Origin: Thermoplasmatota archaeon
GTDB lineage: Archaea; Thermoplasmatota; JAKEGO01
Direction: 5' to 3'
Assembly: GCA_028279595.1 (NCBI GenBank)
Contig: JANQNK010000002.1
Location: forward strand, 1,970-65,969
Length of the DNA stretch: 64,000 bases
Part shown: in pieces, positions 55,042 to 64,000 of the stretch
Position numbering within the stretch: the stretch's first letter is position 1
How the letters are laid out: each line of letters opens with the position of its first letter
Notes under the pieces: generated by a model
The model's database searches: none
Told to the model about the DNA's origin: nothing
The model's input: the letters and a program-made list of their open reading frames with translations, nothing else
Translations under genes and position numbers: made by a program

Positions 55042-55922
55042 GGGAGGAGGTCGTCGTCGTTGGAGCCGGACCTGCCGGGATAGCAGCCGCGGTCCAGTTG
55101 AAACGCTCCGGCCACGACCCGCTCGTTATCGAGAGCGGCGTCCCAGGAGGCCTTCTCAGGACGGCATGGAGGGTCGAGAACTACCCCGGTTTCCCGAACG
55201 GGATCGCCGGGAACGAGCTTTCCGAGACGATCGCCAACGGTCTCGAGGAATGGGACGTCAGGCTCGAGAGGACGGAAGTGAATAGGATCGACCTCTCCGA
55301 GAACGGATTCACGATAAGGACGGCAGAGGACGACCTTGAGGCAGTAAGGGTCATCCTCGCAACAGGGACCGAACCATTACCTTTCGATTGCCAGGGGCTC
55401 GACGAGCTGCCAAAGGACAGGGTCCACCGCGACATCATCGGCCTTCGTGAAGTCACTGACAGCACCTTCGTCATCATCGGCGGCGGGGACGCCGCTTTCG
55501 ACTACTCATTGGCACTCGCCGAGAACGGCAACAGGTGCGTCATCCTCTACAGGTCCCAGGGAGCCAGATGTCTCCCGTTGCTCCTGGATTGGGTGAACGA
55601 GCAGGTCGACGTCGAGGTCCACGGCTCCACCGAAGTGCGGCGTGTTGCGTGGATAAACGACCGCATCGCCGTCCGGACCGAGGGACTTGTTGTCACGGAC
55701 ATCTTCGCAGATCATCTTATCATCGCCATCGGCCGGAGGCCCCGCGACGGGATGCTATCCGATTCAGTTCGAAGCGAGATGAAGAGGCTCACCGCCGACG
55801 GTCTCTTATACGTTATCGGAGATGTCGCCAACGGTCCCTTCAGGCAGACCGCCATCGCCGCGGGGGACGGCGTGAAGGCTGCAATGGAGGTCCACGAGAG
55901 GCTGAAGGAGTGCAGCGAATGA
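55038..55922 (+). CDS. FAD-dependent pyridine-nucleotide oxidoreductase (thioredoxin-reductase-like)
   Basis: VVVVGAGPAGIAAA and a second dinucleotide fold FVIIGGGDAAFDYS. C-terminal GDVANGPFRQ. Confidence 0.85.
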   Translation: MREEVVVVGAGPAGIAAAVQLKRSGHDPLVIESGVPGGLLRTAWRVENYPGFPNGIAGNELSETIANGLEEWDVRLERTEVNRIDLSENGFTIRTAEDDLEAVRVILATGTEPLPFDCQGLDELPKDRVHRDIIGLREVTDSTFVIIGGGDAAFDYSLALAENGNRCVILYRSQGARCLPLLLDWVNEQVDVEVHGSTEVRRVAWINDRIAVRTEGLVVTDIFADHLIIAIGRRPRDGMLSDSVRSEMKRLTADGLLYVIGDVANGPFRQTAIAAGDGVKAAMEVHERLKECSE

Positions 55923-56857
55923 AGGTGCTGGCATCGGCCGGGGACGAGGACGTCGCGATGGTCTACGTCGCGGAGGTCCGCGACCGGCAGATCGAGTTCG
56001 TCGAATCGGTCCAGCCACCGCTCCCGAGGGACGAGAAGTGGGTACTGATGGTCTCGACCCTTTTCGGATGTCCCGTTGGATGCCCGATCTGCGACGCAGG
56101 CGGCCACTACGGCGGCAAGCTGACAGCGGATGAGATCCTCGAACAGATCGACCATCTGGTGCAGCACAGATACCCGGACGGCAGAATACCAGCGAGCAAG
56201 TTCAAGATACAGTTCGCCCGCATGGGCGAGCCGGCGCTCAACGACGCTGTGATCGACGTTCTGAAGGCACTTCCGGGTCGATATGACGCTCCAGGGCTCA
56301 TCCCTTCGGTATCTACGGTCGCTCCGAAGGGTTCCGACGCGTTCTTCGAGCGATTGATGGACGTGAAGAACGAGCTGTACCCGAACGGCAGGTTCCAGCT
56401 CCAGTTCTCGGTACATACAACCGACGAGGAGCACAGGGACCACCTCGTTCCCGTCCTGAAGTGGGGACTTGACGAGATCGGAGACTATGGCAAGCGCTTC
56501 GTTCATCCCGGGGACAGGAAGATCACGCTCAACTTCGCCCTAGCGGAAGGTTCGCCTATAGATCCGGAGGTACTGCTGGATCATCTGGACCCAGAGTTCT
56601 TCCTCATCAAGATCACTCCCGTCAATCCGACCCATAGAGCTGTCGAGAACAAGATGGACTCGTACGTCGACCCGTCCAGGGAGGAAGGGTACGATGTCGT
56701 CGAAGCCCTCGAGAACGCAGGCTACGAGGTCATATTGAGTATCGGGGAGACCGAGGAGAACAGGATCGGCTCGAACTGCGGGATGTACGTCCAGAACCAC
56801 CTAAAGGCGGCCAGCGAGGTTCCGGGAGCGTACGTCTACGAACTACAGTCGTCGTAA
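55919..56857 (+). CDS. Radical SAM protein (RlmN/Cfr-like pattern)
   Basis: GCPVGCPICDAG CxxxCxxC. QFSVHTTDEEHRDHLVP. ATGA overlap with the upstream gene. The 440-aa ORF-track start lies out of frame inside that gene. Confidence 0.8.
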   Translation: MKVLASAGDEDVAMVYVAEVRDRQIEFVESVQPPLPRDEKWVLMVSTLFGCPVGCPICDAGGHYGGKLTADEILEQIDHLVQHRYPDGRIPASKFKIQFARMGEPALNDAVIDVLKALPGRYDAPGLIPSVSTVAPKGSDAFFERLMDVKNELYPNGRFQLQFSVHTTDEEHRDHLVPVLKWGLDEIGDYGKRFVHPGDRKITLNFALAEGSPIDPEVLLDHLDPEFFLIKITPVNPTHRAVENKMDSYVDPSREEGYDVVEALENAGYEVILSIGETEENRIGSNCGMYVQNHLKAASEVPGAYVYELQSS

Positions 56858-56899
56858 CTGTCTCCATACTGCCCTCGGTCCGCTCTTCCCGTGGAACAT

Positions 56900-57331
56900 T
56901 TACAATTCTATTTCGGGCTCCTGCATGTCAGGATCGTCGGGAGTCTCCTTCCTCTGGAACATCTCCGAGTACATGTGGTCGTCGAAGATCTCATCGTAGA
57001 CGTTCGCCTCGTCCAGGCCCGAGCCGGGCATCTGGTTCTCGAGAAGGCCCTTGATCTTGTCAGCGTGGAAGGTCCAGTAGTGGATCCTCCATTCGCGACC
57101 GTCATGGAGTGTGGTCTCCTCCCTGTCGGTCGTGAGGATGCCTGAATCCTCCATCATGTAGAACAGGTCACGGTCCTCTGGCTCGAGTATGTTGTCGATG
57201 ATCCTGTTGCTGTAGCCGAAGAAGTTCATCACGTGTTCGGCGATCCGCTCCGCCTCATCGTACTCCAGCTTCCGATCTCCCATGGAGGTCTGGATCGCCT
57301 TCGTCAGTGTGTCTACCTTGACCGCTCCCAT
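56900..57331 (-). CDS. Conserved hypothetical protein (paralog of 53734-54147)
   Basis: See the alignment with 53734-54147. Orientation is inverted relative to that paralog. Confidence 0.65.
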   Translation of the reverse strand: MGAVKVDTLTKAIQTSMGDRKLEYDEAERIAEHVMNFFGYSNRIIDNILEPEDRDLFYMMEDSGILTTDREETTLHDGREWRIHYWTFHADKIKGLLENQMPGSGLDEANVYDEIFDDHMYSEMFQRKETPDDPDMQEPEIEL

Positions 57332-57703
57332 TTGATCGCCTCACCTTACCTTAATTTCTGTAAGTTCTCCTATAAGAACGTTCCTGTGTTATTCCCAGGA
57401 ATTCGGATGGTTAACCACATACGAAACTGCCGAAAATCGGAGAAAAACCCAAATTTCTCATGGAAATCGATGAATTGGGGCGGAATTGGTGCATTCACGA
57501 TGATGATTTCAATTCATCCCGTAGCTCCTCGAGAGTGATGTACTTCCCTGTCTTCATCCGACGAATGCGTCGTCTGTGTTGTCTAAGAAATTTGTGATAT
57601 CCATCTCTTTCCATCGTGTAATCGTATGAATCTATGACATATTATGTTTATCATTGGATCATAGCAATCGAATCAAGAAATGCCACATGGTGTTGTTCTA
57701 CCC

Positions 57704-58702
57704 TCATCCATGCTTCAACAACCCGATGACGTTTCGAATAAGAACGAAAAGGCGCTGCATGATCATTAAGCCCATGAACGCCCTGATCATTTCACCATTC
57801 TTCTCGTCATTACCATATCGAAGAGCTTGGATGTATGCTTCCCTTTCAAAACCTGGAAACAATAATTCAGGATATTTCTCCCTCGTCAACATGTAGTTGA
57901 ATATCTCCCTTCCAACACGTCCATTGCCATCTGTGAATGGATGAATCGTCTCGAACCTGTAGTGGAACAGTACGGCTAGTTCGAATGGATGGATCCTTTT
58001 ATCCATCTGAGTGTAATAGTCATCGATGATCTCATCGAGTTCAGATTCTATCTCGATCGCTGGTGTGAACTGATGGTCATATCCAGCTACGATGATGCCA
58101 TCTCCCTTTCGGTAAGAACCCGCCGATTCAGGCATGATGTTGTCCATGATGAGCGAATGTAACCCCAGAATGAAACCATGTGAAATTTTCCCTCTGTAAT
58201 TCTTTCGATAGTCAAGTACCTTGATGAAATTCTGTACCTCGTTGATCTCCCTCAATTCCTTATCATTTGGTACTATACCATGTTCGAGCAGGTCCTTGGC
58301 CTGCTGGACCGTTAGTGTGTTCCCTTCGATAGCCGTCGTCCCATGAATATAATTGATATCGAAATCCCGCTCATAGAATTCGATCTCATCAGCCGACGCA
58401 TACTGCTGAAGGATATGGTAGATCTGGCGTAGATATTCAAGTCGCCATATCTCGGATCGTGAGAGATAGTCCGATCTGTAATACTCAGTGGCCATCACCG
58501 CTTTCCTTTGTGCCGCTTTTAATTCGATCTCCATGGTGTATGCTCGTTGAAGGACCTCGATCCTCTCATCCGAAGGCCGTTCGGTGCCCAAATACTTCGT
58601 TACCTTACGTTTCTTTCCCTTGAATTTGATGTCCTTTACCAAATAGTACTTGACGTCGCCGGACGAGGTCTCCTTCCCTTCTATCCGATATTTCTTTTCC
58701 AC
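57704..58702 (-). CDS. Fic/Fido-domain protein with an internal inhibitory motif
   Basis: Active-site HPFTDGNGRVGR. Upstream TTAIEGN fits the (S/T)xxxE(G/N) inhibitory helix. The gene is visibly lower in G+C than its flanks. Confidence 0.9.
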   Translation of the reverse strand: MEKKYRIEGKETSSGDVKYYLVKDIKFKGKKRKVTKYLGTERPSDERIEVLQRAYTMEIELKAAQRKAVMATEYYRSDYLSRSEIWRLEYLRQIYHILQQYASADEIEFYERDFDINYIHGTTAIEGNTLTVQQAKDLLEHGIVPNDKELREINEVQNFIKVLDYRKNYRGKISHGFILGLHSLIMDNIMPESAGSYRKGDGIIVAGYDHQFTPAIEIESELDEIIDDYYTQMDKRIHPFELAVLFHYRFETIHPFTDGNGRVGREIFNYMLTREKYPELLFPGFEREAYIQALRYGNDEKNGEMIRAFMGLMIMQRLFVLIRNVIGLLKHG

Positions 58703-58773
58703 GAGAATATTAGGGGACCCCCGTTATTAATATCTATCTATGAGGGGGGTGCCCCAAAGTGAAAGATCAACTT

Positions 58774-60537
58774 TCAAGATGGTGTTTCGCTCTCGGAAAT
58801 CGTTTCCACCTCGACCGGTGCTTCAGGCGGCGGGTCCATCGGCTCCCCTTCGGGCACTACCTCGACCTCCGTGACCTCGGTCTTCTTCCTTTTCATCAGG
58901 AACGCTCCGGCCACGGCCAGCAGGATGATCAGGGCCAACAGGCTCACGGCCAGGGTCGGGAACTCCTCATCCTCCTTCTCCTCGACCGACACGGAAATAC
59001 TCTTTCCGAGGATCAATCCGTTCTCGAACGCCACCGAGAGAGTGATCGTGTAGGTCCCGTCGCGTCTGTATGTATGACTGGCCTCCTCACCCTCGGCGTA
59101 CTGGCCGTCCCCCCAGGACCAGGTGTAGTTGGAGATGGTCCAATCGCCGCTGACCGTGGATGAGGCGTCCACGGTGACCTTTAGCTTACTGGCCTTGTAG
59201 GTGAAGTTGGCGCTGATACCGTGGTCGTACAGGAACGGTCCCTCGTCCTGGCGGGCGAACATGATCGGGAGCTGTCTGGCATTGACGCCGTCGTCGCCGT
59301 CATGGCCCCAGACGGTTATGGCCCTTCCGAACTCGTCGATGTCTATGCCAATGTAATCTCCGAGGTCCCTGTCGGGAGTGTTCCCGTCGTCACCGTCCAG
59401 ACCTGAAGTGCGTACCGAGCCGACGTGGGCTCCCGGGTCAAGGATGACGAACTCGTACAGCGGATCCTCGTCCAGGGCATTGATGCTGATGGCAACGATG
59501 TAGTCCCAGACCGCATCGTCCAGGTTGTTGGGATTGCCACTCTCGTTGGTGTCGTACCAGGCCATGGCTATCCTGCCCTCGGAACCGGCCGCGATCCACG
59601 GGAAGACCCTGGTCCCGTTCTCGACCGTGACCTCGCTGACGTCCCAGGTCTGGCCCTTGTCCCGGGAGATCCCCAGCTTGATGTGTTCCCTGGAAGACCA
59701 CATCATGTAGACGTTCCCTGCAAGGTCCACGTCCATGTCGATGAACGTGTTCTGGGCAGCTGCGTGGATCGTACCCCCCTCGACCTCGTAACCGGTGAAG
59801 CTCTCTGCGTAATTCGTTGAGACGTAGCAGTAGATGCCGTTGCTCTGCCAGTTGGCGTGATAGACCTCTCCGGTGGTCGGATCGACGACGAAGTTGTCCC
59901 TGGAACCGACGTCGGTGGATATCGGAAGGCCGCTGTTGCAGGGCTGCCAGTCGATCCCCTGGCTTGCTATCATTCGTGATTTGACCATGTGAAGCCCGCT
60001 TGCGAGCTCGTTGTAGGAGAAGTAGAGCATCTCGCCGCCGTCGCCGGGGCCAGGTCCTATCTGGAACCACTGGCGGTCCACGATCGGATAGACCGATCCA
60101 GCCGGGTTCTGGACCCAACTCTCGCCGCCATCGTTGGACCAGTCAACGGAAGCTGTGCTAAGGTAGAGATCGGTGTAATAGATCGTGCCATCCGCCTTGA
60201 TCGCCGTGTACGAATCCCCGGAACGTCCGGTCCCCGTCGCCATGTCCTTGTCGTACCAGTCCCAGGTCTCTCCGTAGTCCTTCGAGATCCAGAGGTTGCC
60301 GCCCTGTCCGTTCTGGTTGCTCAGACCGGTGGGCGAGTCGACGTAGTACCACTGCTGTCCGTCTATTGACGGTCCGGCGAGGATATGGGGTTCGAATCCC
60401 TCCTCATCGGAGTCGGGTATGACCATCACATGGAACTTCTTGTCCACGACCTCGACCGCGCCCTCTACTGGAACGGACAGCAGGGCCACTGCCATCAGAA
60501 GACCGACTGCAATTACACTCGCTAACCTGGGGTCCAT
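58774..60537 (-). CDS. Secreted BNR/Asp-box beta-propeller (sialidase-like) plus PKD domain protein with C-terminal TM anchor
   Basis: Asp-boxes SKDYGETW, SNDGGESW and SRDKGQTW. PKD-like WSWGDGQYAEGEEASHTYRRDGTYTITL. TM segment LAVSLLALIILLAVAGAFL. I prefer Met51 (MDPRLASVIAVGLLMAVALL) as the start. Confidence 0.8.
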   Translation of the reverse strand: MDPRLASVIAVGLLMAVALLSVPVEGAVEVVDKKFHVMVIPDSDEEGFEPHILAGPSIDGQQWYYVDSPTGLSNQNGQGGNLWISKDYGETWDWYDKDMATGTGRSGDSYTAIKADGTIYYTDLYLSTASVDWSNDGGESWVQNPAGSVYPIVDRQWFQIGPGPGDGGEMLYFSYNELASGLHMVKSRMIASQGIDWQPCNSGLPISTDVGSRDNFVVDPTTGEVYHANWQSNGIYCYVSTNYAESFTGYEVEGGTIHAAAQNTFIDMDVDLAGNVYMMWSSREHIKLGISRDKGQTWDVSEVTVENGTRVFPWIAAGSEGRIAMAWYDTNESGNPNNLDDAVWDYIVAISINALDEDPLYEFVILDPGAHVGSVRTSGLDGDDGNTPDRDLGDYIGIDIDEFGRAITVWGHDGDDGVNARQLPIMFARQDEGPFLYDHGISANFTYKASKLKVTVDASSTVSGDWTISNYTWSWGDGQYAEGEEASHTYRRDGTYTITLSVAFENGLILGKSISVSVEEKEDEEFPTLAVSLLALIILLAVAGAFLMKRKKTEVTEVEVVPEGEPMDPPPEAPVEVETISESETPS

Positions 60538-60683
60538 TGAGACTGTCAATGCTTCAGAATTGATAATCCTTGTGCTTGAATCCAGCCTGAAAACGTTCGC
60601 GGTTGCTGTGACGTGCTGGATGAAGCACACGCTCGCCGACCTTTCCGTTGGTCGACAACGCGTCTCAAGAAAGCTGTATGGGC

Positions 60684-61784
60684 TCATGTTCGGTGTATGA
60701 TGACCGTGACGACGTCCCCGTCCTCGCAGACGTGGTCGATACCTACGGTCTGGTCCGGGAACTTGGCGCTCTTTCCCGTGACCTGGGCGTAGCGGAACTT
60801 CTTCCTGAAGTCGCGGTGAAGGTTGTCGCAGACGTCCCCGATGTCGGAACCCTCGACCAGGACGAGGGGCTCCTCCATATCAGCGACCTCACCCTGCGGT
60901 TTCATGTAGATACGTATGAAACCGAGGGTATCGTAGATGAGGTCCTTGAGCTCCTCCGTCCCCTGTCCGTGCTTGGCGGAGATCTGATGGACCGGCCATG
61001 GATGGAGAAGTTCTATCAGCTCGTCAATCCTGTCCTGCTCTGCGAGGTCGATCTTGTTGAGGACGACGAATCCCTTCGGATAGACCCGGCTGCCAACGAG
61101 GAAGTCCACGAGCTGGTCCTCGTTGATGTCCTCACGGATGACTATCTCTCCGCTGTTGTGTCCGTAGGTCCGGATCATGTCTACGACCATCTCCTCGTCC
61201 ATGTTGGTCAGTTCGACGGTGGTGTTCACGACGAGTCCTCCCCGCTCCTTGATGGAAAGGGCGATGTCCGCCGGCTTCTGGTTTATCCTGATGCCCGCGC
61301 CCTTGAGCTCGTTCAGGAGGACGTCGAGGTTCGTGGTGAAGACGTCGAGAAGGAGCACGATGAGGTCGCTGGAGCGGCCTGCTGCGATGACGGCGCGGCC
61401 CATTCCCCGGCCCTTGGAAGCGCCCTTGATCAGTCCGGGCAGATCAAGGAGCTGGATGTTGGCGCCCTTGTGGTGGAGGACCCCGGGAACGACGGTCAAG
61501 GTAGTGAACGCGTAGTCTCCAACCTCGGAATTGGCTCCGGTCAATTGGTTCAGAAGTGTGGATTTTCCCGCCGATGGAAATCCAACGAGGGCGACGGTCG
61601 CGTGCCCAGATTTCTTGACAGCAAATCCTGTAGCCTTCCCCGGACCAGAACGGCGCTCGGCCTCGCCCCTCAGGCGAGCGAGCTTTGCCTTCAATTTACC
61701 GATATGATGCTGGGTGGCCTTGTTGTACTTCGTCGAGCGGATCTCCTCGTCGATCTCCCGGATCTGTTCCTCGATCGACACCAT
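60684..61784 (-). CDS. DRG/Obg-family GTPase with C-terminal TGS domain
   Basis: G1 GFPSAGKSTLLN, G3 DLPG, G4 NKID. N-terminal IREIDEEIRSTKYNKATQHHIGKLKAKLARL. Confidence 0.9.
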   Translation of the reverse strand: MVSIEEQIREIDEEIRSTKYNKATQHHIGKLKAKLARLRGEAERRSGPGKATGFAVKKSGHATVALVGFPSAGKSTLLNQLTGANSEVGDYAFTTLTVVPGVLHHKGANIQLLDLPGLIKGASKGRGMGRAVIAAGRSSDLIVLLLDVFTTNLDVLLNELKGAGIRINQKPADIALSIKERGGLVVNTTVELTNMDEEMVVDMIRTYGHNSGEIVIREDINEDQLVDFLVGSRVYPKGFVVLNKIDLAEQDRIDELIELLHPWPVHQISAKHGQGTEELKDLIYDTLGFIRIYMKPQGEVADMEEPLVLVEGSDIGDVCDNLHRDFRKKFRYAQVTGKSAKFPDQTVGIDHVCEDGDVVTVIIHRT

Positions 61785-61788
61785 GGGA

Positions 61789-62166
61789 TCACTGCGGGAC
61801 GAGCATCCCGCCGTACATCTGGGAGACGAGCTTGAAGTTCTCGTACTCCTTGAGGTCGAACTTGATCAGGCCCTCTCCGTGGACCTTGCACTCGTCGGCG
61901 CCCTCGCAGAACGGGAACTGCATCTTCTTCATACAATCCGGGCAGAAATACAGGTCGGATATCGGCACCGTCCTGTCGGTACCGTTCTGGTAGTAGAACG
62001 TGATGTACTCGCCGTTGATCTCGACCTCGACGGTCTCGCCGTCCATGTCGAATGTGTCAAGTACCGATTCCTCTCGGACGACCTCATTTCTCTCCCCCTC
62101 TGTACCTTCCTTCTCCCGGTCGGACCAGTACGTCTCGTAGTCGCTAAGCGTCATTTTGCCACTCAA
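61789..62166 (-). CDS. Small conserved hypothetical protein with a Cys cluster
   Basis: 125-aa ORF ending 4 nt upstream of the GTPase start codon. CPDCMKKMQFPFCEGADEC suggests a metal-binding knuckle. Confidence 0.55.
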   Translation of the reverse strand: MSGKMTLSDYETYWSDREKEGTEGERNEVVREESVLDTFDMDGETVEVEINGEYITFYYQNGTDRTVPISDLYFCPDCMKKMQFPFCEGADECKVHGEGLIKFDLKEYENFKLVSQMYGGMLVPQ

Positions 62167-62336
62167 GAATGAAAATCGATTGACGCTATATCAACGTTGT
62201 GGAGTGGACTTCCCTAAAATCGTGATTTGTCGATATGGCCCCGTCTGGAAAATCCCCACAAATCGAGGGAGCCCGGCGCCCGTTGCACGACGACGTCGGA
62301 CCATGCTACTAAGTATCAAACGGTCTCGGGGGTTAA

Positions 62337-63803
62337 CTACCTTTCCATCACGTAGTTCACGAGGAGGCTCACTCCGTACCCTGTGGAGAGGTTGTCGTTG
62401 TCCGAGAATGTAGGGGCCATGTCGATGTGCACCCACGGTGTTCCGTCGACGAAGGGCTCCAGGAACTTGCCTCCGTTGATGCATCCGGCCTCCCTCTTTC
62501 CAGAGATGTTCTTGACGTCGGCGACCTTCGACTTCACCATGTCGTCGTAGACGTGCCACATCGGCAGTTCCCAGACGCGCTCTCCGCTGGTGGCGGCGGC
62601 TGCCTTGACAGTGTCCATCACCTTGTCATCGTTGCCCATGACGGCAGCCGCGTGCTTGCCGATCGCGATGATCGAGGCACCCGTCAATGTTGCGATGTCG
62701 AGTATCTCTGAAGGCTTCATGTCCACTCCGTAGGCGAGGGCGTCGGCCAGGATCAGACGCCCTTCGGCGTCGGTGTTGAGGACCTCGACCGTCTTCCCGG
62801 AATACGATCTGATTATGTCAGTGACCTTGTACGATGTCGGTCCGATGATATTCTCGACGAGCGGTGTGATCCCGATGACATTCGCCTTCAATTTCAGCGA
62901 CGCGATCGTGTGCATCGCGCCGATCACCGCAGCGGCACCGGCCATGTCCATGTGCATGGACTTCATGCCGTCCGACGTCTTGATGGACAATCCACCGCCG
63001 TCGAAGGTCACTCCCTTGCCGACGAGGATGAGAGGCTTGTCCTTCGCCTTGCCTCCCTTGTACTCCATGATGACCATCCTCTGCGTCGCGGCGGAGGCCT
63101 GACCGACGGCGAGGACGAGGTTCAGTCCGAGCTTCTCCAGCTGAGCCGGTTTCAGGACCTTCACCTTCATGCTCCCATCGAGCTTGTTCATCGTCTTCTG
63201 GACCTGCTTGGCGACGTAGTCGGGAGTGGCCACGATCGGCCTCTCGTTGGAGAGGTCCATCATGATCCTGCAGCCGTGGGCGATGGCCTGACCGACCTTC
63301 TGGTCCTTGAGACCGTCCTTGAGGGAATCCTCGTTCTCGAGCATGACCATCATGCCCTTGATCGGCTTCGATTTGTCCGGCTTCTTGGTGTGCTTGTCGA
63401 ACTTGTACGTTCCCCGCGAGAACCCGTCGATGATGAGACGCACCGGATGCGGAAGCTGATCGGAGACGGGCTCCGGGAGCATTATCGTCATGCTTCCGAC
63501 GTTCATCCCGGAAGCCCTCTTTCCGAGCGATGTCATTGCTGAGAGGAACTCCGCAGGGCCGAGGTTCTTCCTCTCTCCGAGCCCGAGAAGGAACAGTCTC
63601 TTCGGCTTTCCATCGGTGTAGCGGACATGCGTCTCCCCCCGCTTTCCTCCGAAATCCCCTGTCTTTAATGAGACATTTACGTCGTCGACCAGGTAGTCGA
63701 ACCCTTCCGACTTCCATTTCTTGGCCTCTTCCTTGAACACTGGTACAACGATGCTGTCCGATTCCTTCGGCTTTCCCTTGCTGAAAACGACTGCCCATTT
63801 CAT
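62337..63803 (-). CDS. pepA: M17 leucyl aminopeptidase
   Basis: VGKGVTFDGGGLSIK and NTDAEGRLILADAL. I prefer the MKWAVVFSKG start at 63803. Confidence 0.9.
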   Translation of the reverse strand: MKWAVVFSKGKPKESDSIVVPVFKEEAKKWKSEGFDYLVDDVNVSLKTGDFGGKRGETHVRYTDGKPKRLFLLGLGERKNLGPAEFLSAMTSLGKRASGMNVGSMTIMLPEPVSDQLPHPVRLIIDGFSRGTYKFDKHTKKPDKSKPIKGMMVMLENEDSLKDGLKDQKVGQAIAHGCRIMMDLSNERPIVATPDYVAKQVQKTMNKLDGSMKVKVLKPAQLEKLGLNLVLAVGQASAATQRMVIMEYKGGKAKDKPLILVGKGVTFDGGGLSIKTSDGMKSMHMDMAGAAAVIGAMHTIASLKLKANVIGITPLVENIIGPTSYKVTDIIRSYSGKTVEVLNTDAEGRLILADALAYGVDMKPSEILDIATLTGASIIAIGKHAAAVMGNDDKVMDTVKAAAATSGERVWELPMWHVYDDMVKSKVADVKNISGKREAGCINGGKFLEPFVDGTPWVHIDMAPTFSDNDNLSTGYGVSLLVNYVMER

Positions 63804-64000
63804 CCAATGACCTCCCGGGACTTGGGGTATTGGTGACGGGTCTTTTATTCCTTTTGCAGGGTGCGTGAACGATTTCTCGGATCGCTCCAAAACCGTTATA
63901 TATTTTCGAGAACGATTTGAATCGGTGCTGAAGGGCGGTCGCGGACCGACCCGGAACGGAGGAGCTGCGATCAATGGAAGGACCTGAATGGGTGTTGTTC

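Overview
The window looks archaeal, most likely Thermoplasmata or Methanomassiliicoccales-like. That placement is inferred from gene content: aEF-1alpha/S10, S15, L40e, Orc1/Cdc6, SMC-ScpA, split LplA/LplB and a GAN/RecJ-like DHH protein. It falls into two compositional halves.

The right half (about 28.7-64 kb) is GC-rich; hand counts on a few 60-nt lines give about 60% G+C. It carries housekeeping genes mixed with large secreted repeat proteins, glycosyltransferases, a lipoylation cluster, a small low-GC Fic islet, two tRNAs and a degenerate FtsZ-like gene.

The left half (1 to about 28.7 kb) is accessory. It is AT-rich, with sampled lines at about 30-40% G+C, apart from an intermediate stretch at about 2.5-9.3 kb. 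It ends exactly at the 3' end of a tRNA-Leu(CAA) gene, next to an intact tyrosine recombinase and an RHH/wHTH regulator, which is the layout of an integrated element. I could not find the left att copy.

The island encodes three parallel-beta-helix (NosD-like) surface proteins, one of them fused through a TM helix to two cytoplasmic wHTH domains. It also encodes a CarboxypepD_reg-repeat protein, a PGF-CTERM-like protein and two paralogous Mrr_N-like wHTH proteins with Lys/Ser-rich tails.

The most interesting feature is a tightly coupled four-gene minus-strand operon at 18.4-24.2 kb: unknown protein / SIR2-like plus P-loop NTPase fusion / unknown protein / TGT(DpdA)-like TIM barrel fused to an SCSxxK...PYD (DUF6884-like) domain. 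I cannot match it to any described defence or DNA-modification system.

A short repeat family with a 19-nt exact core, GTTTACTGTAAGAAACGTT, brackets the beta-helix gene and this operon like cassette boundaries. No CRISPR array, rRNA or transposase was seen. Many long antisense or out-of-frame ORFs in the GC-rich half are treated as compositional artefacts.
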